Notes: generated by a model not told the origin, from the sequence alone. A stretch of DNA of 54,317 bases from Chloroflexota bacterium (GCA_031370565.1 JANMQO010000043.1:1-54317); one strand, 5' to 3'. Positions 34,979 through 44,030 are shown, counted from the first letter of the stretch. Numbers and translations: made by a program.

Positions 34979-37044
34979 CCAGTCAGAGCGCCGGCCAGTC
35001 CGCCGCGAACGGCGTCGTCCAGCGCACGGACGTGTTCCTCGCTGGCGGCGTCGTGGGCGTCGTGGCCATGATGATCGTGCCCTTGCCGCCAGCCCTGCTG
35101 GACGTATTGATCGTGCTCAACCTGACCGTCTCGCTGACGATCCTGCTCGTCTCGCTCAACGTGCGCGAGCCGCTCGATTTTGGCTCCTTCCCGCCGCTGC
35201 TCCTGCTGGCCACCCTGTTCCGGCTGGGGCTCAACGTATCCGCGGCCCGTCTGATCCTGCTCGAGGCCCATGCCGGCGATGTGATCAACGCGTTCGGCAA
35301 CGTGGTCGTGGGCGGCAACACCATCGTGGGCATCGTCATCTTCCTGATCCTGGTGGTCATCCAGTTCGTGGTCATCACGAACGGTGCCGGGCGGGTCAGC
35401 GAAGTGTCCGCCCGGTTCACCCTGGACGCCATGCCCGGCAAGCAGATGAGCATCGACGCCGATCTCAACGCGGGCCTCATCAGCGCGGAGCAGGCCCGGG
35501 CCAGGCGTCGCGCCGTTGAGCGCGAAGCCGAGTTCTACGGCGCGATGGACGGCGCCAGCAAGTTCGTCAAGGGCGACGCGATCGCCTCGATGGTCATCAT
35601 CGTGGTCAACATCATCGGCGGCCTGTCCATCGGCATCCTGCAACTCGGCTTCGACCCCGGGCAGGCCATCACCACCTACACGGTCCTGACAGTCGGCGAG
35701 GGCCTGGTCAGCCAGATCGGCGCGCTGCTCGTGTCGGTCGCCACGGGCGTGCTGGTCACCCGCGGCGCCTCGGAGCGCGGCCTGGGCAGCGACCTGGCCA
35801 CGTCCCTCCTGGCCTGGCCGCGCCTGTTCCTGGTGACCGGCGGAATTCTGGCCCTCATCGGGATCGTGCCGGGCTTTCCGACGATGGTCTTCCTGCCGGC
35901 CGGTGGGCTGGTCGCGGCGCTCGGGGTGTTCCTCGGCCAGCGGACAGCAGAGGCGCCCGCGGTCGAGATCCTTGACCCGGGCGCGCTGCTGGCCCTGCCC
36001 GCGCCCGACGCATCGCCCGAGACGCCCCGCCTGGAGACCCTCGAGCTCGAGCTCGGCTACGGGCTGGTGGGCCTGGTCGACCAGGGCGTCGGCGGCGGCC
36101 TCGTCGAACGAGTCGGCCTCATTCGGCGCCAGATCGGAGCGGAGCTCGGCCTGCTCGTCCCGACGGTCCGCATCCGCGACGACATCGCCCTCGATCCGGA
36201 CGTCTACGTCATCCGGCTGCGCGGCTCGGAGATCGCGCGGGACCGGGTCGACCCGGTCCGGCTCCTGGCCATGGAGCCGGCCGGCGGCGAGATGGCGATC
36301 GACGGCGCGCCCGCCACGGAACCTGTCTACGGGCTGCCGGCAGTCTGGATCGCCCAGGCTGATCGCGACCGCGCCGAGTCGCTGGGCTACACCGTGGTCG
36401 ACCCGGCCTCGGTCCTGGCCACCCACCTGTCGGAGACCATCCGTCGTCACGCCCACGAGATCCTCGGCCGCCACGAGACCAACCAACTTCTGGAACGTCT
36501 GCGCGGCGACCAGCCCAGCCTGGTCGAGGAGCTCATCCCGGGCCTGGTCAGCGTGGGCGACGTACAGAAGGTCCTTCAGGGTCTGCTGCGCGAGCGCGTG
36601 CCGATCCGAGACCTGGCCACGATCGGCGAGGCGATCGCCGACGCAGCGCGGACGAGCAAGGAGCCGTTCGTGTTGATCGAAGCGGCCCGGCACGCCCTGG
36701 CCCGGACGCTGTCGATGCGCTACCGAGCGATCGACGGCACGCTGCATGCCGTGGCCCTCGCGCCGCAGCTCGACACTCGCCTGGGTGGCGCACTCGTCGT
36801 ACAGCCGGGCTACCTCGGCTTGGACCTTGATGGGGGCGAGACACGCCGGCTGCTCGACGCCATCGAAATCGCGGTCCGCGCCCTGTCCGAGCTCGGTCGC
36901 GCGCCGGTCCTTCTGTGCACCGGGCGGATCCGGCTCGCCCTGCGCGGTCTGACCGAACGCCGTCTGCCCCAACTCACCATCCTCTCGTACGAGGAGATCA
37001 TCCCCAGCGTGCCGGTCAACGTGCACGCCCAAGTGGAGCTCTGA
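34975..37044 (+). CDS. flhA: Flagellar export apparatus protein FlhA
   Basis: 689 aa with conserved FlhA motifs (ARFTLDAMPGKQMSIDADL, GAMDGASKFVKGDAIA). ATGA overlap with flhB. Confidence 0.95.
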   Translation: MTSQSAGQSAANGVVQRTDVFLAGGVVGVVAMMIVPLPPALLDVLIVLNLTVSLTILLVSLNVREPLDFGSFPPLLLLATLFRLGLNVSAARLILLEAHAGDVINAFGNVVVGGNTIVGIVIFLILVVIQFVVITNGAGRVSEVSARFTLDAMPGKQMSIDADLNAGLISAEQARARRRAVEREAEFYGAMDGASKFVKGDAIASMVIIVVNIIGGLSIGILQLGFDPGQAITTYTVLTVGEGLVSQIGALLVSVATGVLVTRGASERGLGSDLATSLLAWPRLFLVTGGILALIGIVPGFPTMVFLPAGGLVAALGVFLGQRTAEAPAVEILDPGALLALPAPDASPETPRLETLELELGYGLVGLVDQGVGGGLVERVGLIRRQIGAELGLLVPTVRIRDDIALDPDVYVIRLRGSEIARDRVDPVRLLAMEPAGGEMAIDGAPATEPVYGLPAVWIAQADRDRAESLGYTVVDPASVLATHLSETIRRHAHEILGRHETNQLLERLRGDQPSLVEELIPGLVSVGDVQKVLQGLLRERVPIRDLATIGEAIADAARTSKEPFVLIEAARHALARTLSMRYRAIDGTLHAVALAPQLDTRLGGALVVQPGYLGLDLDGGETRRLLDAIEIAVRALSELGRAPVLLCTGRIRLALRGLTERRLPQLTILSYEEIIPSVPVNVHAQVEL

Positions 37045-37047
37045 GCC

Positions 37048-37407
37048 ATGGAACTGCTCGTCGCCACCTGGTCGGTTCGGCTGGCCATGCTCGGCGCCGT
37101 CGCGGCAGGGGGATTGTCCCTGTCGGTTGGTGCGACCCCGATCGAGGCGGTCGGACGAGCGGCCGCTGCGGCCTTCACGTTCACCCTGGGCGGCCGGCTC
37201 CTGCTGGCTCGGCTCGAGACACCCGACCAGCGACTCCATCGACTGCGAGCCGCCCGTTCCGCCAGAACGGGCGGCAAGGGTACCGACAAGGGCGTCGGCA
37301 AGGGCGACAAGGCGGCCGGCAAGAAGAAGCCCGCGGCGAAAACCAGCGCGACCAAGGCGAGCGAGAACATCGGCACTGGTCGCCCGGCTGACAAGGAGGC
37401 CGCATGA
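37048..37407 (+). CDS. Small membrane protein with Lys-rich tail (unknown function), at the position usually held by flhF/flhG
   Basis: 119 aa with two hydrophobic segments, then GGKGTDKGVGKGDKAAGKKKPAAKTSATKAS. Strong G/C third-position bias. Starts 4 nt after the flhA stop and has an ATGA overlap with fliA. Confidence 0.6.
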   Translation: MELLVATWSVRLAMLGAVAAGGLSLSVGATPIEAVGRAAAAAFTFTLGGRLLLARLETPDQRLHRLRAARSARTGGKGTDKGVGKGDKAAGKKKPAAKTSATKASENIGTGRPADKEAA

Positions 37408-38219
37408 TGCTCCAGCAGCCCGGACCCGGACCATCGCGGGCCGGACCGGCCACGCCCTACGCGGCCGAGGCAAACCTGCCGACGCCCTCCAGGGCCGATC
37501 TCGTCGAACGCTACGCTCACCTGGTCAAGTACGTCGTCGGCCGTCTGGGCGTATCTGTGCCCGGCGTCTTCGACCACGAGGATGCCATGCAAGTGGGCGT
37601 CCTGGGCCTGCTCCGGGCGATCGATGGCTACAAGCCCGGTTCGGACGCCTCGTTCGAGTCGTACGCCATCACCCGTATCCGAGGCGCGATCCTGGACGCC
37701 ATTCGGGCCCTCGACGCCGTTGGCCGAGCCGGGCGCGAGGCGGGTCGGGCCATCGCCGACGCGATTCGCGAACTGACGATGACCCTGGAACGGACACCCA
37801 TCGAAACGGAGATCGCTGACCACCTGCAGGTCACCGTGGAACGCTATCGCGAGCAGCTCCAGGCGGCGACCGTGGTGACCATCTCGCTCACCGAACTTGA
37901 CCGCTCCGACGACGGCGAGTTCGGCGGCTTCGATGAGGTCACCCGCGATCCGAGCGCGCTTGATCCTGCCCACGAGGCACTCCGCCACGATGTCGCCGGG
38001 GCGCTGGGGCGCGCAATCGCCGGCCTGCCGGAGCGACAGCAGCTGATCCTTTCGCTGTACTACCGCGACGAACTCACCTTCCGTGAGATCGGCGAGCTGC
38101 TGGGTGTGAGCGAGTCGCGCATCTGCCAGATCCACGCGGAGTCCGTGCTCAGTCTGCGGGGCGTCATGCTCGATCCCGAAGAGGCAACCCAGCTGGCCCG
38201 ACGAAAGGTCCGACGATGA
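37404..38219 (+). CDS. fliA: Flagellar sigma factor FliA (sigma-28 / SigD / WhiG family)
   Basis: Sigma-70 region 2 (DAMQVGVLGLLRAIDGYKP..SFESYAITRIRGAILDAIR) and region 4 (LTFREIGELLGVSESRICQIHAESVLSLR). Confidence 0.9.
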   Translation: MMLQQPGPGPSRAGPATPYAAEANLPTPSRADLVERYAHLVKYVVGRLGVSVPGVFDHEDAMQVGVLGLLRAIDGYKPGSDASFESYAITRIRGAILDAIRALDAVGRAGREAGRAIADAIRELTMTLERTPIETEIADHLQVTVERYREQLQAATVVTISLTELDRSDDGEFGGFDEVTRDPSALDPAHEALRHDVAGALGRAIAGLPERQQLILSLYYRDELTFREIGELLGVSESRICQIHAESVLSLRGVMLDPEEATQLARRKVRR

Positions 38220-38926
38220 TCCGCGGTCTGTACACGTCGCTCTCCGCAATCATGGCCGCGATGACCCGCCAGTCCGTCGTGGCCGACAACCTGGCCAACC
38301 TCAATACGCCGGGATTCCACCAGTCCCGGACGGCCAACGCCGATTTCGGCCTGGAACTCGGCTCCGCCATCGCCGGCCCGATCGGGCGTCTCGGCACGGC
38401 GACATTGCCGGTCGGCCTGAGCCTCGATCGAAGCCAGGGCCCGCTTGAGCAGACCGGCGCCGCCAGCGACCTGGCCATCGAAGGCGCCGGCCTGTTCGTG
38501 GTGCGCACGCCGGAAGGCATCGCCTACACTCGGGCCGGCGCCTTCACGCTGAGCTCGACCGGCGGCCTGACGACCCAGGAGGGCTACCCTGTCCTCGATA
38601 CCACCGGCGCACCGGTGGTATCGAGGGGCGCGCTGGTGGTCGGCCCGGACGGATCCCTGGCAGGCGGCGGGCAACGCCTGGCCGTGGTGGACTGGCCGGC
38701 CGGCGAACCCGTCCGACTGGGACATGGACTGCTGGCCGTCGCGGGACCCGCCCGGCCGGGTTCTGGTCTCGTCCGTCAGGGCGTGCTCGAGCGGAGCAAC
38801 GTCGACGTGGCCACCACGATGACCGAACTCATGACCATCCAGCGCCACTTTTCGCTCAGCTCCCGGGCGCTCTCACTACAGGAAGAGACGCTGGGCGACG
38901 CCGCCCAGGTCGGACGCGTCCGATGA
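38216..38926 (+). CDS. Flagellar basal-body rod protein (FlgF/FlgG family)
   Basis: Rod N-terminal motif (MIRGLYTSLSAIMA...VVADNLANLNTPGF) and C-terminal motif (GVLERSNVDVATTMTELMTIQRHF). Confidence 0.85.
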   Translation: MIRGLYTSLSAIMAAMTRQSVVADNLANLNTPGFHQSRTANADFGLELGSAIAGPIGRLGTATLPVGLSLDRSQGPLEQTGAASDLAIEGAGLFVVRTPEGIAYTRAGAFTLSSTGGLTTQEGYPVLDTTGAPVVSRGALVVGPDGSLAGGGQRLAVVDWPAGEPVRLGHGLLAVAGPARPGSGLVRQGVLERSNVDVATTMTELMTIQRHFSLSSRALSLQEETLGDAAQVGRVR

Positions 38927-39000
38927 GCGGTGCCCTGGCCGGCCTCAACCTGTCGAAGGACACGACCGACTCCCCCGGTGACCAAAGGAGGTCTCGATGA
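38923..39000 (+). CDS. Candidate 25-codon micro-ORF bridging the rod gene and flgM
   Basis: The ATG overlaps the rod-gene TGA (ATGA) and the TGA overlaps the flgM ATG (ATGA). Encodes MSGALAGLNLSKDTTDSPGDQRRSR. 17 of the first 19 sense codons after the ATG end in G/C. No homology evidence. Confidence 0.25.
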   Translation: MSGALAGLNLSKDTTDSPGDQRRSR

Positions 39001-39305
39001 AAATCCCCGACGCAGCCGCCCGTTCCGCCGCGGGCGCCATTCGACCCGCCCTGCCGAATCCCGGCCGCAAACCGCCCGTCGGCCCGGGCGATACCCTCAG
39101 TTCGTCTGGCGCGAGTGCTGATCCGGCCGTCCGGGTGGACCTCTCGGGCCGGGCACGCGAACTGCACGAGGCGCTGCGCGTGGCGAAGGCCGCCCCCGAC
39201 GTCCGGACGGAGAAGGTGGCCGAGACCCGCCAGCGCCTGGCGGATGGCACGTACGAACTCGACGCGGCGGTCACCGCTCGACGCATGATTGACCGTCGCG
39301 CCTGA
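38997..39305 (+). CDS. flgM: Anti-sigma-28 factor FlgM
   Basis: 102 aa with the C-terminal FlgM pattern (DVRTEKVAETRQRLADGTYELDAAVTARRMI). AAAGGAGG RBS. Synteny flgM-flgN-flgK-flgL. Confidence 0.75.
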   Translation: MKIPDAAARSAAGAIRPALPNPGRKPPVGPGDTLSSSGASADPAVRVDLSGRARELHEALRVAKAAPDVRTEKVAETRQRLADGTYELDAAVTARRMIDRRA

Positions 39306-39712
39306 TGCACGAGCGGTCAGCCGTCCGAGCGCGCGAGGGGACCGGCTACGACGCCGCGCTCGCAGCGCTGCTCGAGGCCACGGAGGCCATCGCCACGGCC
39401 GTCGAGAGTCATGATCGGGTCGCCCTCGAGGCGGCCAACGGTCGGGCGGACCGACTGGTCGACCAGCTCGCCGCGCTGACCGCCGGTTTGTCCGCCATCG
39501 AGCGGGCGGCCGTTGGCGATCCCACGTCACGGACGAATGCCCTCGCGCTTCGGCTGCGGGCGGCCGGACGGCGCAACGCCCTCCTCATCGAGCGAGCCTG
39601 GGCCCTCGATGCTGCCACCACTCGCCTGCTGGCCGGCCTGGTCAGTGGCGACGTCCACGCCCTGCCGCTCTATGCGGGCACGGCACCGGTGGCCGTCGAG
39701 CGGCGGGCCTGA
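39305..39712 (+). CDS. FlgN-like flagellar export chaperone (tentative)
   Basis: 135-aa helical protein in the flgN/yvyG position between flgM and flgK. The call rests mainly on synteny. Confidence 0.45.
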   Translation: MHERSAVRAREGTGYDAALAALLEATEAIATAVESHDRVALEAANGRADRLVDQLAALTAGLSAIERAAVGDPTSRTNALALRLRAAGRRNALLIERAWALDAATTRLLAGLVSGDVHALPLYAGTAPVAVERRA

Positions 39713-39721
39713 GATGCAACC

Positions 39722-41131
39722 ATGAGCTCCGCGTTCTTCGGCCTGAACACGGCCCTGCGTGGCCTGGTGGCCAGCCAGCAGATGCTCGAAACGGCGGCCC
39801 ACAACACGGCCAACGCAAACACCCCCGGGTTTTCCCGCCAGCGCGCCCAGCTTGTCGCAACGCCGCCGTACACCTACCCCGCGTTCAACCGGAGTGGCTT
39901 GCCTGGCCAGATCGGGACAGGCGTGGCGGTGGCCACCATCACCCGCGTCCGCGATGCGTTCCTCGATCTGCAGATCCAATCGCAGTCGTCGATCGAAGGG
40001 GGCTGGGCCACTCGTCGGGACGAACTCGCCAAGGTCGAATCGGTCGTGCCCGAGCCGAGCGGCTCGGGCCTGGGTACGATCCTCGGGCGGTTCTGGGACG
40101 CCTGGCAGGAGGTGGCCGCCGACCCCAGTTCGAGCGTCGCCCGAGCCGCCCTCGTCGAGCAGGCCCGGTCGCTGGGCATCCGCTTCAGCGGGGATGCCGC
40201 GCAACTCGCGACACTTGCCACCGGGATCGACGATCAGCTCCACCAGGGCGTCGCGACCGTCAGCGACCTGGCCAGTCAGGTCGCCACTCTCAACGCCCAG
40301 ATCCAGCAGGTCCAGATCAGCGGCGACCACGCCAATGACCTGGAGGACCAGCGCAACCTGCTGCTCGACAAGCTCGCCCAGATCGTACCCATCACCCTGC
40401 ATCCGGAAGCCGATGGGACCGTGACCGTCCTGGTCGGTGGCACGGATCTGGTCAGCGGCAATCGTGCGCGAGCCATGACGACGGGTCCCAACGGGAGCGG
40501 GCAGCTCATCCCGACCTGGACCGATGGCACGGCCGTGTCGATCTCGGGCGGTCAGCTCGCGGCGCTGGTCGATGTTCGAGACAGACAGCTGGCCAGCTAC
40601 CGAACCCGCCTGGACACGCTCGCTGCGGGCGTGGCTGACGCCGTCAACGCCCTCCACGCGACGGGCTTCGATGCTGCCGGCAACCCTGGTAGCGCCTTCT
40701 TCACGTACACGGCCGGGAACGCGGCGGCAACCCTGAGCGTCAGCGCCGCGATCGCGAGCAACCCGGCGCTGGTTGCCGCAGCCGGCGCACCAGGTCAACC
40801 TGGCAACGGCACGATCGCGGGCGCCATCGCCGACCTGCGGACCGGTCGCCTGTTCTCCTCCGGGACCCAGACCGCCAGCGACTTCTACGCTTCACTGGTC
40901 GGCGGAATCGGGACGGACAGCCGCCAGGCCACCGAGATGGCGGCCAACCAGAGCCTGGTCACGGGCCATCTCCGCCAACGACGCGAGTCGATCAGCGGCG
41001 TCTCTCTCGACGAAGAGGCGGCGGACATGATCCGCTTCCAGCATGCCTATGCCGCGGCCGCTCGGGTGATCACGACGTTCGACGAGATGCTCGACACGCT
41101 CATCAACAAGACCGGCGTGGTCGGCCGGTAG
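39722..41131 (+). CDS. flgK: Flagellar hook-associated protein 1 FlgK
   Basis: N-terminal MSSAFFGLNTALRGLVASQQMLETAAHNTANANTPGFSRQ and C-terminal SGVSLDEEAADMIRFQHAYAAAARVI. Confidence 0.9.
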   Translation: MSSAFFGLNTALRGLVASQQMLETAAHNTANANTPGFSRQRAQLVATPPYTYPAFNRSGLPGQIGTGVAVATITRVRDAFLDLQIQSQSSIEGGWATRRDELAKVESVVPEPSGSGLGTILGRFWDAWQEVAADPSSSVARAALVEQARSLGIRFSGDAAQLATLATGIDDQLHQGVATVSDLASQVATLNAQIQQVQISGDHANDLEDQRNLLLDKLAQIVPITLHPEADGTVTVLVGGTDLVSGNRARAMTTGPNGSGQLIPTWTDGTAVSISGGQLAALVDVRDRQLASYRTRLDTLAAGVADAVNALHATGFDAAGNPGSAFFTYTAGNAAATLSVSAAIASNPALVAAAGAPGQPGNGTIAGAIADLRTGRLFSSGTQTASDFYASLVGGIGTDSRQATEMAANQSLVTGHLRQRRESISGVSLDEEAADMIRFQHAYAAAARVITTFDEMLDTLINKTGVVGR

Positions 41132-41142
41132 GAGGGACAATC

Positions 41143-42027
41143 ATGCGGATCACCAATCTGATGCTCCATCAGCAAGCGCTGGCCAGCCTGGCCACCAACG
41201 TCGAAGCGCTCTCCCGGATCCAGGAGCAGGTGTCCAGCTCGAAGCGACTGCTCCGTCCATCGGACAACCCGACCGATGTGCGCAGCGCGGTGCAGGTCCG
41301 CGACGCGCTGGCCGAACTCGACCAGTTCCTGCGCAACATCGCCACAGCGGAGCGGTCGACCTCAGCGGCCGACACCGCCCTTGGTGCGGCCGGGGACATC
41401 CTCCAGCGGGCCCGCGAGCTGGCCATCCAGGGCGCCAACGGGACGCTCTCCGCGAGCGACCGGGCGACGATGGCCAGCGAGGTCGAGCAACTCGCCCGCG
41501 CGCTGGTGGGTCAGGCCCGGACCAAGGTCGGCGACCAGTACTTGTTCAGCGGCTTTCAGACTGCCACGGCGCCGTATACCGAGGCGCCGGCCGGCAGTGC
41601 GGCGGTCAGCGCGTACCAGGGCGACGGCGGTGCCATCGTGGCCCGGATCGGGCCGGCCGCGACGATGGTCATCAACCTGCCTGCGGACACGACGTTCGGT
41701 CCGGCCCTCGCCGCGCTCGCCCAGCTTCACGCCGATCTGTCGGCGGGCATGCCGGTCCAAGCGGCCACCATCAACCAGCTCGACGCGGGCCAATCGGTGC
41801 TGCTGGCCGGACGGGCGCTGACCGGAGCGCGGGCGAACCGGCTGGAGAACACGCAAGTCTCCCTTGAGGACAGCGTCCTCTCTGCGCAACGATTGCTGTC
41901 GAACCTGGTCGATGTGGATATGACCCAGGCGATCACCGAGTTGAGCCAGCGCCAGGCCGTCTATCAGGCCTCGCTGGAGGTCAATGCCCGGATCATCCAG
42001 CCATCGCTCATCGATCACCTGCGCTGA
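41143..42027 (+). CDS. flgL: Flagellar hook-associated protein 3 FlgL
   Basis: Flagellin-like N-terminus (MRITNLMLHQQAL...SSSKRLLRPSDNP) and C-terminus. Synteny after flgK. Confidence 0.85.
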   Translation: MRITNLMLHQQALASLATNVEALSRIQEQVSSSKRLLRPSDNPTDVRSAVQVRDALAELDQFLRNIATAERSTSAADTALGAAGDILQRARELAIQGANGTLSASDRATMASEVEQLARALVGQARTKVGDQYLFSGFQTATAPYTEAPAGSAAVSAYQGDGGAIVARIGPAATMVINLPADTTFGPALAALAQLHADLSAGMPVQAATINQLDAGQSVLLAGRALTGARANRLENTQVSLEDSVLSAQRLLSNLVDVDMTQAITELSQRQAVYQASLEVNARIIQPSLIDHLR

Positions 42028-42410
42028 TGGCCCACCTGGAGTCAACCACCATGTCCCTGCAGATCGCCTTTCCGGACGGCCTGGTCGGCCTGCCCACGCT
42101 CGTCCGGTTCTCGCTGAGCCCAGTCGCGGGAACCGCCCTGCTCGAGTTCGTCTCCCTCGACGATCCTTCGTTCGCGCTCGTCGCGACGCCCGCTGACGAG
42201 GTCCAACCGGGGATGCACGCGACCCTTGAGGCGCGTGGGCTGGCCAGCGACGACGCCGACGTGTTCGTCCTCCTGGCGGTCCACGGCGAGCCGCCCCAGG
42301 TCACGGCCAACCTGGCCGGCCCGATCGTCGTGAGCGCGGGCGTCGGGCGCCAACTCGTCCTGGAGGATCCCGCCTTTCCGCTGCGTGCACCGGTTGGCGG
42401 GACGGACTGA
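42027..42410 (+). CDS. fliW: Flagellar assembly factor FliW
   Basis: FliW pattern (FPDGLVGLP ... NLAGPIVV ... RQLVLEDP). Directly upstream of csrA. ATG at 42051 is an alternative start. Confidence 0.85.
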   Translation: MAHLESTTMSLQIAFPDGLVGLPTLVRFSLSPVAGTALLEFVSLDDPSFALVATPADEVQPGMHATLEARGLASDDADVFVLLAVHGEPPQVTANLAGPIVVSAGVGRQLVLEDPAFPLRAPVGGTD

Positions 42411-42414
42411 TCCG

Positions 42415-42633
42415 ATGCTGGTCCTCACCCGGCGAACTGGGCAGGCGCTGCAGATCGGCAACTCGATCGAGATCCAGGTCGTCCGGATCGAGGGAGACCG
42501 GGTGGTGCTCGGCATCCGCGCACCGCGCGACGTGTCCGTCGTCCGCCAGGAACTGATCCTGGAAGTGGCCCGCGAGACCCGGGCCGCGGCTGACGCGAGT
42601 CAGCAGGTTCGCGTCGCCCTGACCCGCGACTGA
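42415..42633 (+). CDS. csrA: Carbon storage regulator CsrA (flagellar type with C-terminal extension)
   Basis: MLVLTRRTGQALQIGNSIEIQVVRIEGDRVVLGIRAPRDVSVVRQE matches the CsrA signature. Confidence 0.95.
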   Translation: MLVLTRRTGQALQIGNSIEIQVVRIEGDRVVLGIRAPRDVSVVRQELILEVARETRAAADASQQVRVALTRD

Positions 42634-42653
42634 GCGCGACTGACCGACCCGCG

Positions 42654-43979
42654 GTGGACGAACTGCACGTGCTGGTCTACGGGGAACTGGCCGATGGCGT
42701 GTCGGATCTGTACCGATTCGGCCAGTTCCAGGGCGCCCTGGCCCACCACAGGATCGTGCTGCAACCATGGTCTGCGCTGGCGAACTACGAGGTCAGGCTG
42801 CCGGCCATCCCGGGCCTGGACGTGGACGAGGCCATCGCGCTGGGACTCGGCTCGATTGAACAGCGTGCGCTTGACTGGGCCGATGTCATGGTGTTCCGAC
42901 GCTGGTATTCGCTCGGGTTCTGCTGCACGGCGTGCGACACGCTTGGCGCAGACGCGGCGGGCCTCGCGGCGCACGGCCGAGCCACCGGGCACCCGTTGAG
43001 CACGCCCCAGCGGCATCTGCCGGTCCTGTGGCGGGCCCTGCTGGAACGCCGAGCCGCCGGACGGGCGCCGGCCATCGTGTACGACACGGACGACGACCTG
43101 TTCGCAGTCCCCGAGTGGACCGGGCTGCGCCGGCGCGTCGGCGCTGACCTCAGCTGGCTCCAACAAGTCCTGGCCGCGGCCGACCTGGTGACGGTGTCCA
43201 CGCCGGTCCTCGCCACGCGACTGGCGGCTCGGACCGGCGCTCCGATCCGGGTGATCCGCAACGCGCTCGAGCCCGCTTGGTACGTACGCGCCGGTCAGGC
43301 CGACACGAAGCGCATCGAGACGACGGGGGCGCACACCATTGCGGATCAGGGCGTCCGGATCGCCTACCACGGTGTCGCCCGTCGGCTGCGCGACTACGCG
43401 GTCGCCCGGCCGGCGGTGGACCGGGTTGCCGCGCGGGTCGCCGGCACGCGCCGAGTGTGGATCGGCGCAGCGGGTGATCCCGCGGTCGATCACGCGGTTG
43501 ACGAGTCCCTGCCGTTCGTCTTGGATCCCGTCGCCTTCGCCGCCGCCCTGGTCGCGGCGCACCCGGACATCGGCCTGGCACCGCTCGTCGACGAACCGTA
43601 CAATCGGGCCCGGTCCGAGTTGCATTGGCTGGAGTACAGCCTGGCCGGTGCGGCAACCGTGGCGACCAGGACCGCGGGTCCTGGCCCGTACGACGTCATT
43701 CGAGACGGGGTCGACGGTCTGCTGGCGCGAACGTCCCAGGACTGGCAGCACAGCCTCGGTCGGCTGGCCGCGTCGGCGGCACTGCGGGCCGACCTGGCCG
43801 GCCGGGCCCGCGAGCGAGTCCTGGCTGAATCGACCGTCACGGCCCGCGCCCCGGAGTGGGCCGCTGCCTACCGGGCCGCAGCCGCGCGACGACGCGCCGC
43901 GCCGACGACCCGGCCAACGAGCCAGCCTGCGGCGCGGCAGACCATCGTGCCCGATCCCTCCGGGTTCAGCAGCGTCTGA
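42654..43979 (+). CDS. Glycosyltransferase (GT-B fold, GT1/GT4-like C-terminal half), candidate flagellin glycosyltransferase
   Basis: The C-terminal half has the pattern ..E.YNRARSELHWLEYSLAGAATVATRTAGPGPYDVIRDGVDGLLA, typical of the GT-B nucleotide-sugar binding region. Located between csrA and fliC. Confidence 0.6.
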   Translation: MDELHVLVYGELADGVSDLYRFGQFQGALAHHRIVLQPWSALANYEVRLPAIPGLDVDEAIALGLGSIEQRALDWADVMVFRRWYSLGFCCTACDTLGADAAGLAAHGRATGHPLSTPQRHLPVLWRALLERRAAGRAPAIVYDTDDDLFAVPEWTGLRRRVGADLSWLQQVLAAADLVTVSTPVLATRLAARTGAPIRVIRNALEPAWYVRAGQADTKRIETTGAHTIADQGVRIAYHGVARRLRDYAVARPAVDRVAARVAGTRRVWIGAAGDPAVDHAVDESLPFVLDPVAFAAALVAAHPDIGLAPLVDEPYNRARSELHWLEYSLAGAATVATRTAGPGPYDVIRDGVDGLLARTSQDWQHSLGRLAASAALRADLAGRARERVLAESTVTARAPEWAAAYRAAAARRRAAPTTRPTSQPAARQTIVPDPSGFSSV

Positions 43980-44001
43980 ATTGCCGCCGGGTGCGGGCCA
44001 T

Positions 44002-44030
44002 GCTCAAGCCCGGGACTCGGGCCTCCGATA
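44002..44030 (+). promoter_or_regulatory. Putative sigma-28 (FliA)-type promoter of fliC
   Basis: GCTCAAG-N16-CCGATA; the -10 half matches the sigma-28 consensus GCCGATAA core. Sits 80 nt upstream of the fliC ATG. The same GCTCAAG-N16-CCGA element is found at 49738-49766. Confidence 0.4.

Noticed and set aside
31390-37473. Very long minus-strand ORFs (31390-34695, 1101 aa; 34723-37473, 916 aa). Similar cases are 1076-3487 (803 aa) and 42600-43751.
   Set aside because: They lie antisense to well-supported conserved genes (fliO-flhA, MMPL, glycosyltransferase). Their translations are low-complexity and rich in R/G/D/E/Q/H. They are the usual stop-codon-poor shadow frames of GC-rich DNA.
42924-42992. 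Eukaryote-like C2H2 zinc-finger spacing in the glycosyltransferase (C-x2-C-x12-H-x5-H: CTAC DTLGADAAGLAA H GRATG H).
   Set aside because: Only the Cys/His spacing fits. The conserved hydrophobic position of the C2H2 pattern is Gly here, offset by one. It may be a small metal site, but it is not a supported zinc-finger call.
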